A stretch of 63,593 bases of DNA, the filler included, from Licmophora abbreviata (Eukaryota), in NCBI GenBank assembly GCA_900291995.1. It is 17 parts of 17 records of this genome, joined end to end, with 100 filler letters (N's around TTAATTAATTAA, not from the genome) between each part and the next. Parts side by side here need not be neighbours in the genome. Positions count along the whole stretch, not along the records: positions 1 to 6,707 come from OLMU01004527.1; positions 6,808 to 8,492 come from OLMU01004532.1; positions 8,593 to 13,405 come from OLMU01004534.1; 14 more parts are not named here. One strand, given 5' to 3'. Numbering within the stretch: position 1 is the first letter of the stretch; every line of letters begins with the position of its first letter. Below, piece after piece: positions 1 to 9,203 of the stretch. The notes beneath the pieces were generated by a model that was given only the letters and a program-made list of their open reading frames with translations, was not told where the DNA came from and did no database searches. A program made the translations under genes and the position numbers.

Positions 1-14
1 CGGTAGGTCCCGAA

Positions 15-872
15 CTAGTTGGTCACGTTACCTTCAAGCGCGCGCAGACTGCGGACAGCGGCTTCGAAATGTTGAGGGTGTGTGTCTACGGCATCTCGTA
101 GCAGGCCCTTGCCGATTTCCGTATCGCCCTGTTTCACCGCCGACAGGCCCAACGTGTACAGAAGCTGCGCACGTTCTTCCTGCGTCGTCGGAATGACCGG
201 AAGCGCGTATTTCTTTTGCGCCCCGCGTGCCAGCACAAGGTTGTTCTTGGCGGTGAAAAGCGAGCTGTCCTGTCGGATGGCATCGGAGAACAGGCGCTCA
301 GCTGCGGCGAAGTCGCCGCGGGTCAACTTGGAATAGCCCCAATTGTTCATTACCCCGGCCGGCCGCGTCGTCAGCCCGATCGCCGTTTCATAGAAACTGT
401 CGGCCTTGCTCCATTCCTGCTGGCTGTCGGCGATCATTGCTTCCAGCCGGTAGCGTTTGAACGTCTCGAAGGTCGGAGGGATCCCGTCCAGAACGGCATC
501 CGCGCGGTCCCAGTCGTTGTTGCGGATCAGGGCATCCGCAAAATCGACGCGGTCATCATTGCTCGCCTCCGCGTGTTCAACCACTTTTTTCCACGCCGAC
601 ACCGCCTCGGTGCTGCGCTGCGCTCGGACCAATGATTGTGCAAGGCCACGCTGCAGGTCGATGCGGTCGGGTTTTTCTGCCGTTGCCCGCTGAAAATATG
701 ACACCGCCTCATTCGGGTCCGCCACGTTCAGCATCACCTCATTGAGGTTGCTTTCGTCAATGACGTTCACGCCTTGAAAAGCGCGATCGACGTCCTGACC
801 TTGCGGGTCTTCGCAGCCTGCCAGCGCCATGGCGCTTGCCAGGCACAGTGAAATAACAATGGGGTGGCGCAT
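15..872 (-). CDS. tadD: TPR lipoprotein, Flp pilus assembly TadD-like
   Basis: Lipobox ALAGC; TPR-type segments (NNWGYSKLTRGD, NNLVLARG); downstream of tadB/tadC. Confidence 0.8.
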   Translation of the reverse strand: MRHPIVISLCLASAMALAGCEDPQGQDVDRAFQGVNVIDESNLNEVMLNVADPNEAVSYFQRATAEKPDRIDLQRGLAQSLVRAQRSTEAVSAWKKVVEHAEASNDDRVDFADALIRNNDWDRADAVLDGIPPTFETFKRYRLEAMIADSQQEWSKADSFYETAIGLTTRPAGVMNNWGYSKLTRGDFAAAERLFSDAIRQDSSLFTAKNNLVLARGAQKKYALPVIPTTQEERAQLLYTLGLSAVKQGDTEIGKGLLRDAVDTHPQHFEAAVRSLRALEGNVTN

Positions 873-900
873 TTTTCTGCGTCCTTTTACTGCCTTCGCC

Positions 901-1455
901 TCATCCCGGTATGCGGCGTATCAGGTAATTTCCCGTGCCGCGCCGAACCAGTTTATAATCTTGTTCTTGTATTTCATCATAATAGGAATTTTCGGATTTT
1001 GCGAGTGCTAAGCGCAAATTGTCCCGAATTGAGTCCGTGGCGCCATTGTCGAGTGCATAGGCCCGCCGAAAGACCTGCGCCGCTTCACTGGTTTCGCCGT
1101 TTTCCATGAGGACGACGCCCAGATTGTTCCATATCTCCGGTGACGTTTCGTCCTTCTCAAGCGCATCTCTCAGCAGCCGTTCCGCAGTGCCAAGGCGGCC
1201 AAGCCCCAGATTGGCACTACCGAGACCAGACAACACATCCGCTGTCATGCCATGCTCCAGAGCGGCCCGCGAATAGGCGTCTATCGCCAGTTCGTACTCG
1301 CCCGCGTCCATCAGCCTGTGGCCAACGATCATGCCATCCACAGCCTCTCCGGTCGACGCCAAGCCCGGCGCAAATGGATTGCCGTCAGTGGATGCATCGT
1401 CGCTGCACGCAGCCAAGGTGATAACGAATGTCAGAACGGCCCCCGCCCGGATCAT
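901..1455 (-). CDS. TPR lipoprotein of tad locus
   Basis: Lipobox LAAC; TPR motif PEIWNNLGVVLM; operon position. Confidence 0.8.
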   Translation of the reverse strand: MIRAGAVLTFVITLAACSDDASTDGNPFAPGLASTGEAVDGMIVGHRLMDAGEYELAIDAYSRAALEHGMTADVLSGLGSANLGLGRLGTAERLLRDALEKDETSPEIWNNLGVVLMENGETSEAAQVFRRAYALDNGATDSIRDNLRLALAKSENSYYDEIQEQDYKLVRRGTGNYLIRRIPG

Positions 1456-1467
1456 GCAGCCTCGCCT

Positions 1468-2454
1468 TTATTGGCCGGCCATCGTGAAAAGCTCCAGGAT
1501 GCCGATGACCGATGGACCGACCAGAATGATAAGCAATGGCGGCACTGTAAGCATCATCGTCGCCAATGTCATCTTTGTCGGAAGCTTGTTGGCTTTTTCT
1601 TCCGCGCGCATGACGCGTTTGTCACGCATTTCGCCGGCGTAAACGCGCAGTGCATCCGCGATGGATGTGCCGAATGTCTGCGACTGGACAAGCACGGTGA
1701 CGAAGCTCGAAATATCCTGCACGCCGCATCGCTCTGCCATTTCGTTCAGCACCGAGGGCTTGTCCCGGCCTGCTTTGATCTGATTGGCAACGATCTGGTA
1801 TTCCTCGGCCAGCGCAGGGTAGGAGGCGGCGATTTCATTGGACACCCTGACGATCGATTGATCGAGGGACTGGCCCGCCTCGACGCATGTGAGCATCATG
1901 TCCAGACTGTCCGGGAACCCGTTGGTGATGTCTTCCTGGCGCTGTTGCTGACGCTTGGTTACCCAATATTTGGGCAGCATGTATCCAACGGCACCGGGGC
2001 CGAGAATATACATGATGGTCTGCTGCGCCGAGGTTTCACCGCCGGATTTGAAGATCAGGAAATAAAGAACGCCAAGTGTCAGGAAACCAAGCGCAAGGGT
2101 CAGTTGCGCGAAGTGGTAATAGCGCACCGCGTCCCGGGTGCGGTAGCCGGCCTGCAACAGGGTCAGGCGTACCTGAGACAGGGCTTTTGCATCCTGCGGT
2201 TCGAGAAAGCTGGCATATTTGTCCAGTTTTTCGTTCTTGCGGTTGGTCCGAAGTCTGGTGGTGTCCAGACCCGGCGCGCTTGCGCGCTCGCGTTGATCCC
2301 TCTTGAGCTTTTCCAGTGGGTCCTTGGAATCCTTGATGAGGATTGGGATCACCAGCAACACGAGAACGATGCCAAGCGTGCCAACGGCGATCACCGGTCC
2401 GAAAGGACCCAAGGCGCCGATGAGCATGTCTTGTATCTGGGTGAAAAACTGCAT
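1468..2454 (-). CDS. tadC: Flp pilus assembly protein TadC (T2SSF family)
   Basis: FPDSLDMMLTCVEAGQS and RAEEKANKLPTKM motifs; TM segments. Confidence 0.92.
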   Translation of the reverse strand: MQFFTQIQDMLIGALGPFGPVIAVGTLGIVLVLLVIPILIKDSKDPLEKLKRDQRERASAPGLDTTRLRTNRKNEKLDKYASFLEPQDAKALSQVRLTLLQAGYRTRDAVRYYHFAQLTLALGFLTLGVLYFLIFKSGGETSAQQTIMYILGPGAVGYMLPKYWVTKRQQQRQEDITNGFPDSLDMMLTCVEAGQSLDQSIVRVSNEIAASYPALAEEYQIVANQIKAGRDKPSVLNEMAERCGVQDISSFVTVLVQSQTFGTSIADALRVYAGEMRDKRVMRAEEKANKLPTKMTLATMMLTVPPLLIILVGPSVIGILELFTMAGQ

Positions 2455-2467
2455 CGTTTGACCCTTT

Positions 2468-3436
2468 TCAGACCTTGATGTTCACGAGTGCGCGCATGAC
2501 GAACAGGTTGGCGACGAGAAACGTTCCAACGATCAGACAGGCGGGGATGAAGTACGGGTGGAGCATGGCCTTGTCGTAGTAGTTCGGGTCGATGATCTGA
2601 ATCCCGATCAGGGCCAGCACTGGGAAACCCGACAGAAACTTGCCGGACCACTTGGCTTCGGCGGTGATCGCCTTGACCCGCCGGAACAGTCGGAAACGGG
2701 CCCGAATCACCTTGGCCAGCCCGTCGAGGATCTCGGCAAGGTTGCCGCCGGATTGCTGCTGGATCGTGACGGCGACGGCCAGAAAGCGCAGATCCTGCAT
2801 GTCCAGCCGTTCGGCCATGTCCTTGAGGGCTTCGCCGATGTCGCGGCCATAAGCCGCCTCGTCCGCGATGATCCCGAACTCGGTGGCAAGCGGGTCGGCC
2901 ATTTCGCTGGCCACGATCGAGATCGCCGAGGTGAAGGGATGCCCCACCCGCAAGCTGCGCACCATCAGTTCGATCGCGTCCGGCAACTGCTCTTCTAGCA
3001 TCGCCATCCGCTTGTTCGCCTTGATCGTGATCCAGGTAAAGACACCGCCGACACCCATGGCGATGGACACAACCGCCCTGACAGGAACGCTTGTGGCGGT
3101 GCCGATCGTCAGACCAAGAAAGGCCAGCACCGAAACCCCGGCCATCAGCATGATCAGCTGCTGTGGTGTAAAGGCGATGGCCGCCTTTTGGGCCTTTTCC
3201 GAAAGGATTGCATAGATCGGGATGTTGCGTGCCTTGAGATGCTGTTGCATCTCCTTGCGCAATTTCTCCATCACCTGTTCGCGGTTGCCGGTCTTGTCCA
3301 GCATTTCAAGCCGGCGATTTACCCGGTTGTTGAGGCTGATCGACCGACCGAACACGGTGAGGTAAATGCCTTCGACGAGGACAAGAACCCCTATGAAAAT
3401 CAGACCGTAAATAATCGGTTCTGCGCTCAATGTCAT
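2468..3436 (-). CDS. tadB: Flp pilus assembly protein TadB (T2SSF family)
   Basis: QLPDAIELMVRSLRVGHP and IQQQSGGNLAEIL motifs. Confidence 0.92.
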   Translation of the reverse strand: MTLSAEPIIYGLIFIGVLVLVEGIYLTVFGRSISLNNRVNRRLEMLDKTGNREQVMEKLRKEMQQHLKARNIPIYAILSEKAQKAAIAFTPQQLIMLMAGVSVLAFLGLTIGTATSVPVRAVVSIAMGVGGVFTWITIKANKRMAMLEEQLPDAIELMVRSLRVGHPFTSAISIVASEMADPLATEFGIIADEAAYGRDIGEALKDMAERLDMQDLRFLAVAVTIQQQSGGNLAEILDGLAKVIRARFRLFRRVKAITAEAKWSGKFLSGFPVLALIGIQIIDPNYYDKAMLHPYFIPACLIVGTFLVANLFVMRALVNIKV

Positions 3437-3441
3437 GCGTG

Positions 3442-4893
3442 TTACTCCGCTGCGATGGGTTCATAGATGCTGGACGGCAAATCGTATCCCCACAGACGGA
3501 AGCGTTCGGTGAAGTTCGAGCGCACACCCGTGCCGGTGAAGTGACCGATAATCTTGTTTTCCGGTGTGAGGCCAACGCGCTGGTAGCGGAAGATCTCCTG
3601 CATCGAGATCACCTCGCCTTCCATGCCGGTGACTTCGGTGATCGAGGTCATCCGCCGCGAGCCATCCTGAAGGCGCGATGCCTGCACGATGAGATGCACC
3701 GCCGAAGCGATCTGTGAGCGCACCGCCTTGAGAGGCATCTCTATCCCGGCCATGGCGACCATGTTTTCCAGTCGGCTGATGGCGTCGCGCGCGTTGTTGG
3801 CGTGAATCGTCGTCATCGACCCGTCATGGCCGGTGTTCATGGCCTGAAGCATGTCGATCACTTCCTCGCCGCGGGTTTCACCGACGATGATGCGATCCGG
3901 TCGCATACGCAGCGCGTTCTTGAGGCAGTCACGGGCGCTGACTTCGCCCTTGCCTTCGACGTTCGGCGGGCGACTTTCCATTCGGCCCACATGGGTCTGC
4001 TGCAATTGCAGTTCCGCAGTATCCTCGATCGTCAGGATACGTTCGGAATTGTCGATGAACGAGGACAAGGCATTGAGTGTCGTGGTCTTGCCCGAGCCGG
4101 TCCCGCCTGACACGATGATGTTCAGGCGCGTGGCGACAGCGGCTTGCAGATAGGCTGCCATCTCTTCGGAAAAGGCGCCAAAGCTGACCAAGTCGTCGAT
4201 CCCCAGCTTGTCCTTCTTGAACTTCCGGATCGACACGAGGCTGCCATCCACCGCGACAGGCGGCACCATCGCGTTGAAGCGTGAGCCATCCGCAAGGCGG
4301 GCGTCTACATAAGGGTTGGATTCGTCCACGCGGCGACCAACGGCCGAAACGATCTTGTCGATGATCCGCAGCAGATGCTTTTCGTCCTTGAACGTGACAT
4401 CGCTCATTTCAAGCTTGCCCTCGCGTTCCACGAAAATCTGATGCGGACCGTTGACCAGGATGTCGTTGATTGTGTCGTCCTTGAGCAGGGTTTCGAGCGG
4501 ACCAAGGCCGCGCACCTCGTCATAGAGTTCCTGCGTCAGGGTCGCGCGATCTTCGCGGTTCAGCACGATGCTGCGTTCTTCCAGAACCTCAGCCGCGATC
4601 GAGCTGATCTCGGCGCGCAGATCAGCCTCGGTCGCGGTGTCGAGGGCGGAAAGATTGAGGTTATCCAGAAGCGCGCGGTGCAGGTCGAGCTTGATTTCTC
4701 CCAGACGTTCCTTGCGCTTGCGTTCCTTGTCGGCGGGTTGTGGCAATGCGGCCGATTGCGGTGTCGGGCGGCGCAACACGGACTTTGCCGGATCCTCGAC
4801 GGGTGCCGTTCTCGGAAGCGGGGCCTTGGCCTCGACCGGTGCGGCTGCGGGCTTTGCCTGATTGGAGGAAGCCTTCTTGTATCTTGAAAACAT
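3442..4893 (-). CDS. cpaF: CpaF/TadA pilus assembly ATPase
   Basis: Walker A GGTGSGKTT, IEDTAEL, LRMRPDRIIVGETRG, NTGHDGSMTTIHAN. Confidence 0.96.
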   Translation of the reverse strand: MFSRYKKASSNQAKPAAAPVEAKAPLPRTAPVEDPAKSVLRRPTPQSAALPQPADKERKRKERLGEIKLDLHRALLDNLNLSALDTATEADLRAEISSIAAEVLEERSIVLNREDRATLTQELYDEVRGLGPLETLLKDDTINDILVNGPHQIFVEREGKLEMSDVTFKDEKHLLRIIDKIVSAVGRRVDESNPYVDARLADGSRFNAMVPPVAVDGSLVSIRKFKKDKLGIDDLVSFGAFSEEMAAYLQAAVATRLNIIVSGGTGSGKTTTLNALSSFIDNSERILTIEDTAELQLQQTHVGRMESRPPNVEGKGEVSARDCLKNALRMRPDRIIVGETRGEEVIDMLQAMNTGHDGSMTTIHANNARDAISRLENMVAMAGIEMPLKAVRSQIASAVHLIVQASRLQDGSRRMTSITEVTGMEGEVISMQEIFRYQRVGLTPENKIIGHFTGTGVRSNFTERFRLWGYDLPSSIYEPIAAE

Positions 4894-4911
4894 GGTCGGG
4901 TTCCTTCGTGC

Positions 4912-6153
4912 TTATGCAGCCTCTGCTTCGCGCTTGCTCAATTGGTGCAGCGAGCCGGCCAATTTCGCGATTTCCTTGCGAAGCGGGTTCTTGCCTGCTG
5001 AAAGCGCAAGCGGTTGTCCGTGATCTCCGGCCTGAGTGACTGGCCTTCCGCCATCCGGCAACAGGACTTCAATCGAGATTTCAAGGCTTTCGCACAGGCG
5101 TTTGACCCGGCTCTTGCCTTGCAGATCGGTGAATTTCGGCGCCCTGTTCAGACAGAATCGCAGTCGCTCGATCGGCAGCTCCTCGGCTCTCAACGCGCGT
5201 TTCAGCCGGATGGCGTTCTGCGCCGACCGCATGTCGAGTTCGAGCGTGGTAAAATAGATCTGTGCATTGGTCAGCACGGTCTCTGTCCATTGGACAAGTG
5301 TCGAGGGCATGTCCACGACCACGTAATCGAAGCGGCGGCGGGCCTGATCGAGGATGCGCTGCACATCGTCCGGCGTCAGCATGTCGAGCGGCAGGATGTC
5401 TGGTGGGGCGGTGAGGACCGACAGCTTTTCCTCGAACTGCGTCAGGGCCTGTCGGAACACATCGTCATCCACCGCCTCTGTGTCGGACCACATCTCGAAC
5501 ACTGTTTCGCGGCGCGGCAAATCGAGATAGGTGGCCACGGTTCCGCTCTGCAGACCGAAATCCAGAATGCAAACGCGGGGTGGATCCTTCTTGTCGACAG
5601 TGGCAAGCTCCCAGGCAAGGTTGACCGCAAGCGTCGTCGCACCGGTCCCACCGGCGAGGCCCTGAACGGCAAGCAGTACGCCGTCGGCAGGCGCTTCAAG
5701 GCCGGGCGCATGTCGTCCGGCAACAGCTGCGGCCGGGCGCTCGGCCATTCGCTTCAACCGATCGATTGCGGCCTCGAGTTCACCTTCCGGGAGGGGGTAG
5801 GGGACGAATTCATCGGCACCTTTTCGCAGCAATTGATGCAGCGCCGCCGGGCTTACGTCTTCGGCAATCAGGATGACCTTGATGCCTTTTGAATTCGCCA
5901 GCGCGATGATTTCGCCCAACATGACGAGATCGTCTTCATCTGCCTCGTCGATCGCGATTGCAACGAATTCAAGTGCCTTGGCTTCGGGCTGGTTGAAAAA
6001 GGCCAGTGCCTCCGAAAATCCGAGATCGCCCCAGTTTTCGCCAAGCGCTGTCTCCATATCTTCGATCAGAAGGTCGAAGTTCTGCACATCACGACTGATG
6101 GTGCAGGCCCGGATCGGGCTGGGGTCTGGCATGTGCGTAGAACTACTCGTCAT
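4912..6153 (-). CDS. cpaE: CpaE/TadZ receiver-like + MinD/ParA-like ATPase
   Basis: Receiver-like N-terminus, deviant Walker A GLAGGTGATT; start placed at ATG 6153 (MTSSSTH) after a GAGAA...GGGA purine-rich stretch. Confidence 0.88.
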   Translation of the reverse strand: MTSSSTHMPDPSPIRACTISRDVQNFDLLIEDMETALGENWGDLGFSEALAFFNQPEAKALEFVAIAIDEADEDDLVMLGEIIALANSKGIKVILIAEDVSPAALHQLLRKGADEFVPYPLPEGELEAAIDRLKRMAERPAAAVAGRHAPGLEAPADGVLLAVQGLAGGTGATTLAVNLAWELATVDKKDPPRVCILDFGLQSGTVATYLDLPRRETVFEMWSDTEAVDDDVFRQALTQFEEKLSVLTAPPDILPLDMLTPDDVQRILDQARRRFDYVVVDMPSTLVQWTETVLTNAQIYFTTLELDMRSAQNAIRLKRALRAEELPIERLRFCLNRAPKFTDLQGKSRVKRLCESLEISIEVLLPDGGRPVTQAGDHGQPLALSAGKNPLRKEIAKLAGSLHQLSKREAEAA

Positions 6154-6340
6154 TTGTCGATCCCATTTCTCAAGTCGCCTCGCGGGCTGCCCCGGGTTTG
6201 CCAGGGGTCTGTTATGTGTATTTTCCGGCATCAGTGGTCGATCCCGAACCACGGGAGACACACCTGCCACTGGGCGACAATCATTGAAAATCTAGGCAAC
6301 ATTTGGGCCAAAAAACCGTAATTATGCGATTTCAGAAGGC

Positions 6341-6370
6341 CAAAATAAAACCCGCCATAGGGGCGGGTTT
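6341..6370 (-). terminator. Rho-independent terminator-like hairpin after the OmpA gene
   Basis: 9-bp stem AAACCCGCC/GGCGGGTTT followed by T-rich tail on minus strand. Confidence 0.6.
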
Positions 6371-6420
6371 CAGGTGGTCCGGCCGTGACCGGACAGGGAG
6401 ATTTACTCAGATCTGGCGGA

Positions 6421-6707
6421 TCATTCACCGACTATCTGTTCATCGCCTGCCACCATCGACAGGTCTGTCGGGGGTTTGGCGCTGGCCACGTAATCACGGT
6501 AGATGACCGATGCATAGCGGCCTTCGAGGATGTCGGGGTGCGAGGCGACGAAGCCCGTGACTTCGGTCACGGTCCGGCGGTTCCGGGGCTCTCGTCCTTC
6601 GGTCACGACAACAGGCTGTGTCTCGCCATATGACACCACCGCTTCGAGGCGCGACCGGCTGATGCCATGGCTGGTGAGATAGTTGACCACGGTATTGGCG
6701 CGGCGTT
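6421..6707 (-). CDS. OmpA-family protein of tad locus, 3' part (5' end in gap)
   Basis: RRANTVVNYL...SYGETQP...RNRR OmpA C-terminal motifs. Confidence 0.85.
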
Positions 6708-6807
6708 NNNNNNNNNNNNNNNNNNNNNNNNNNNNNNNNNNNNNNNNNNNNTTAATTAATTAANNNNNNNNNNNNNNNNNNNNNNNNNNNNNNNNNNNNN
6801 NNNNNNN
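6708..6807. other. Artificial scaffold linker, first of 16 (others start at 8493, 13406, 20361, 26026, 27352, 28725, 32249, 34828, 36429, 40720, 44973, 48540, 50064, 58819, 61965)
   Basis: Identical 100-bp N44-TTAATTAATTAA-N44 spacer with stops in all six frames. Confidence 0.99.
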
Positions 6808-7422
6808 CGCTTCGGTGGCGGCGCGCAGCTCGTCCTCGGTGACGCCCGGCGCGCATTCGACGATCTTCAGGCCGCCTTCGACCACATCCAGCACACCAAG
6901 ATTCGTGATGATGCGGTTGACCACCCCGGTCCCGGTCAGCGGCAGGGTGCAGGCCTTCAACACCTTGCTTTCGCCATGCTTGTTGGTGTGGTCCATGACC
7001 ACAACCACGCGGCCGACGCCCGCGACCAGGTCCATGGCACCGCCCATGCCCTTGACCAGCTTGCCGGGGATCATCCAGTTCGCCAGATCACCGTTTTCGG
7101 CCACTTCCATCGCGCCGAGGATCGCCATGGCGATCTTGCCGCCACGGATCATGCCGAAACTGGTGGCGCTGTCGAAATAGGATGTGTGCGGCAATTCGGT
7201 GATCGTCTGCTTGCCGGCATTGATCAGGTCGGGATCGACCTCGTCCTCGGTCGGAAAAGGGCCCATGCCCAGCATCCCGTTCTCGGACTGAAGCGTCACA
7301 TGCACGCCTTCGGGAATGAAGTTCGGAACAAGCGTCGGAATGCCGATCCCGAGGTTCACATAGGTGCCGTCTTGCAGTTCCTGTGCCGCGCGGGCGGCCA
7401 TTTCATTGCGGTCCCAAGCCAT
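6808..7422 (-). CDS. scoB: Succinyl-CoA:3-oxoacid CoA-transferase subunit B (last codons in gap)
   Basis: [14 protein letters not shown] catalytic Glu motif, [19 protein letters not shown] before ATG 7422. Confidence 0.95.
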
Positions 7423-8197
7423 TGTGGTGCTCCTTTGAAGGTGAGATGTTCCGGCTTTGCGGCGCAAGGCCCAGCCAGTGTTGCGCATAGGCGCTGAAAT
7501 GCTCGAAGCCGTAATCGGCGTTCATATGGGTGAAATCCGCCGCTGTCGGGGTTTGCCCCTCGGGCAGGGTTGCCGCGCGCGCGTAGGCGGCCGGACTGCG
7601 CCCGGGTGCTGCGACAAGTGAGGTGGGTTGCGGCATCAGCCCGTATTTCAGCGGCGACATATGCCAAAGCACGGCATCCAGCCAGATTGTGGTCAGCCGC
7701 TCTGCGTCGGGATGATCCAGCCAGCCGCCCTGTTCGCGGGCCCATTGGGGCATGTCCAGCGCGGGAAAAGGTGCGGGCGCCACGACGCAGCGCGGATCTT
7801 CGTACAGAAAACGCGCCAGCTTGCGGCAATAGCGCTCGACGCGGAAATTCGTGTATTCCGTCACCAGCGGCAGCGACACGCTGCGCGCGCGCCCCTGTGG
7901 GGCAAGACCCAGAACGTCGAAATCCTGTACCAGACGGTCCAGCCCTTCGCGCCCGAAGCCTTGCCCGACCATCAGGATATGGTCCATTTTGCTCAGGTCG
8001 ATCCGGTCCGGCAGCCCACCCGCCGGAGGCTCTTGTGCGCTGAGCACCCCGTCGTCATCAAGCGAACAGGACGAAAAGCTATGGCGCGGAAGCGCAAAAA
8101 ACGACAGCTCCACCGTGGGAAAAGCGGTCTCGATCGCGGCTTGGGCCTGTAGATAGGCGCCGACATGGGAATTTCCTATGATCGCCACACATGTCAT
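7403..8197 (-). CDS. Hypothetical protein, SGNH/GDSL hydrolase-like
   Basis: N-terminal IIGNSH (GDSx-like block I) and C-terminal DFTH (DxxH); ATGA overlap with upstream gene. Confidence 0.6.
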   Translation of the reverse strand: MTCVAIIGNSHVGAYLQAQAAIETAFPTVELSFFALPRHSFSSCSLDDDGVLSAQEPPAGGLPDRIDLSKMDHILMVGQGFGREGLDRLVQDFDVLGLAPQGRARSVSLPLVTEYTNFRVERYCRKLARFLYEDPRCVVAPAPFPALDMPQWAREQGGWLDHPDAERLTTIWLDAVLWHMSPLKYGLMPQPTSLVAAPGRSPAAYARAATLPEGQTPTAADFTHMNADYGFEHFSAYAQHWLGLAPQSRNISPSKEHHNGLGPQ

Positions 8198-8492
8198 TTC
8201 CGGAACGCCTCGAGCAGGATCTCTTCGCAGATGGTGTCCTCGTCGCTCGCGATGCTCGAGAGGGGCGGAGAAGCCTCTTGCAGGGGTGCGCCGGCGTTAT
8301 CGCCCAAGGCAAGCCCGAAGGCTTTAAGCACAAGCTGCACGCCCTTCTCGGTGGGCTGGCGGCCATGTTCGTCGAAATACGGCCCGCCCGCGATGGGGCT
8401 GGCGATGATCTCATAGGCGGGGAAATAATCGAAATCGCCGTCATTCATGCATAATTCGCCACAGGCCGCGCGCAGGACGGATTTGGAATAGA
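8194..8492 (-). CDS. GSCFA-domain protein, C-terminal part (5' end in gap)
   Basis: Open from contig edge: YSKSVLRAACGEL...DYFPAYEII...ICEEILLEAF, recognised as GSCFA-family C-terminus. Confidence 0.75.
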
Positions 8493-8592
8493 NNNNNNNN
8501 NNNNNNNNNNNNNNNNNNNNNNNNNNNNNNNNNNNNTTAATTAATTAANNNNNNNNNNNNNNNNNNNNNNNNNNNNNNNNNNNNNNNNNNNN

Positions 8593-8664
8593 GCATTGCC
8601 CGTGGTGTCGGCCTTCCATGCCTTGACGATCGACAGATCCGCAAAGATGCCGCGTTCGAGGATA

Positions 8665-8702
<38 letters not shown>

Positions 8703-9089
8703 GGCGATCTGGGTGCCCACGCCGGTCTTGGTGTAGAAGCCCGGAATGCCCGCGCCGCCGGCGCGCATCCGTTCGGCCAGTGTGCCTTGCGGGTTGAATT
8801 CCAGCTCCAGCTCACCTGACAGGTATTGCTGCATGAAGGTGTCGTTCTCGCCCACATAAGAGCTGAGCATTTTCTTGACCTGACGGGTCTGCAGCAGGAT
8901 GCCGATGCCGAAATCGTCCACGCCCGCATTGTTCGACGCAAAGGTCAGGTTCTTGACGCCACTGTCCTTGATCGCCTGCAGCAGCAGTTCGGGAATGCCG
9001 CTCAGGCCGAAACCGCCCGCCGCGATCAGCATGTCGTCACGCAGAATACCATCCAGTGCTTCTGCTGCGCTGCCATAGACCTTGTTCAT
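8593..9089 (-). CDS. scoA: Succinyl-CoA:3-oxoacid CoA-transferase subunit A (3' end in gap)
   Basis: GGFGLSGIPE, SNNAG, PQGTLAERMRAGGAGIPGF. Confidence 0.95.
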
Positions 9090-9203
9090 CAGGACGTCCT
9101 CCTCGAAAACCCGTGTTGGTCCCGGTATGCGGTCAGGGGCGGGTCAAAGTCAACGACCAGCCCCCCGCATCGAGGCGCTCTAGGGATTACTACGTAGGAG
9201 GCC

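Noticed and set aside
6752..6763. TTAATTAATTAA repeated 16 times as a biological repeat or CtrA site
   Set aside because: Always embedded in N44 runs; an artificial contig linker
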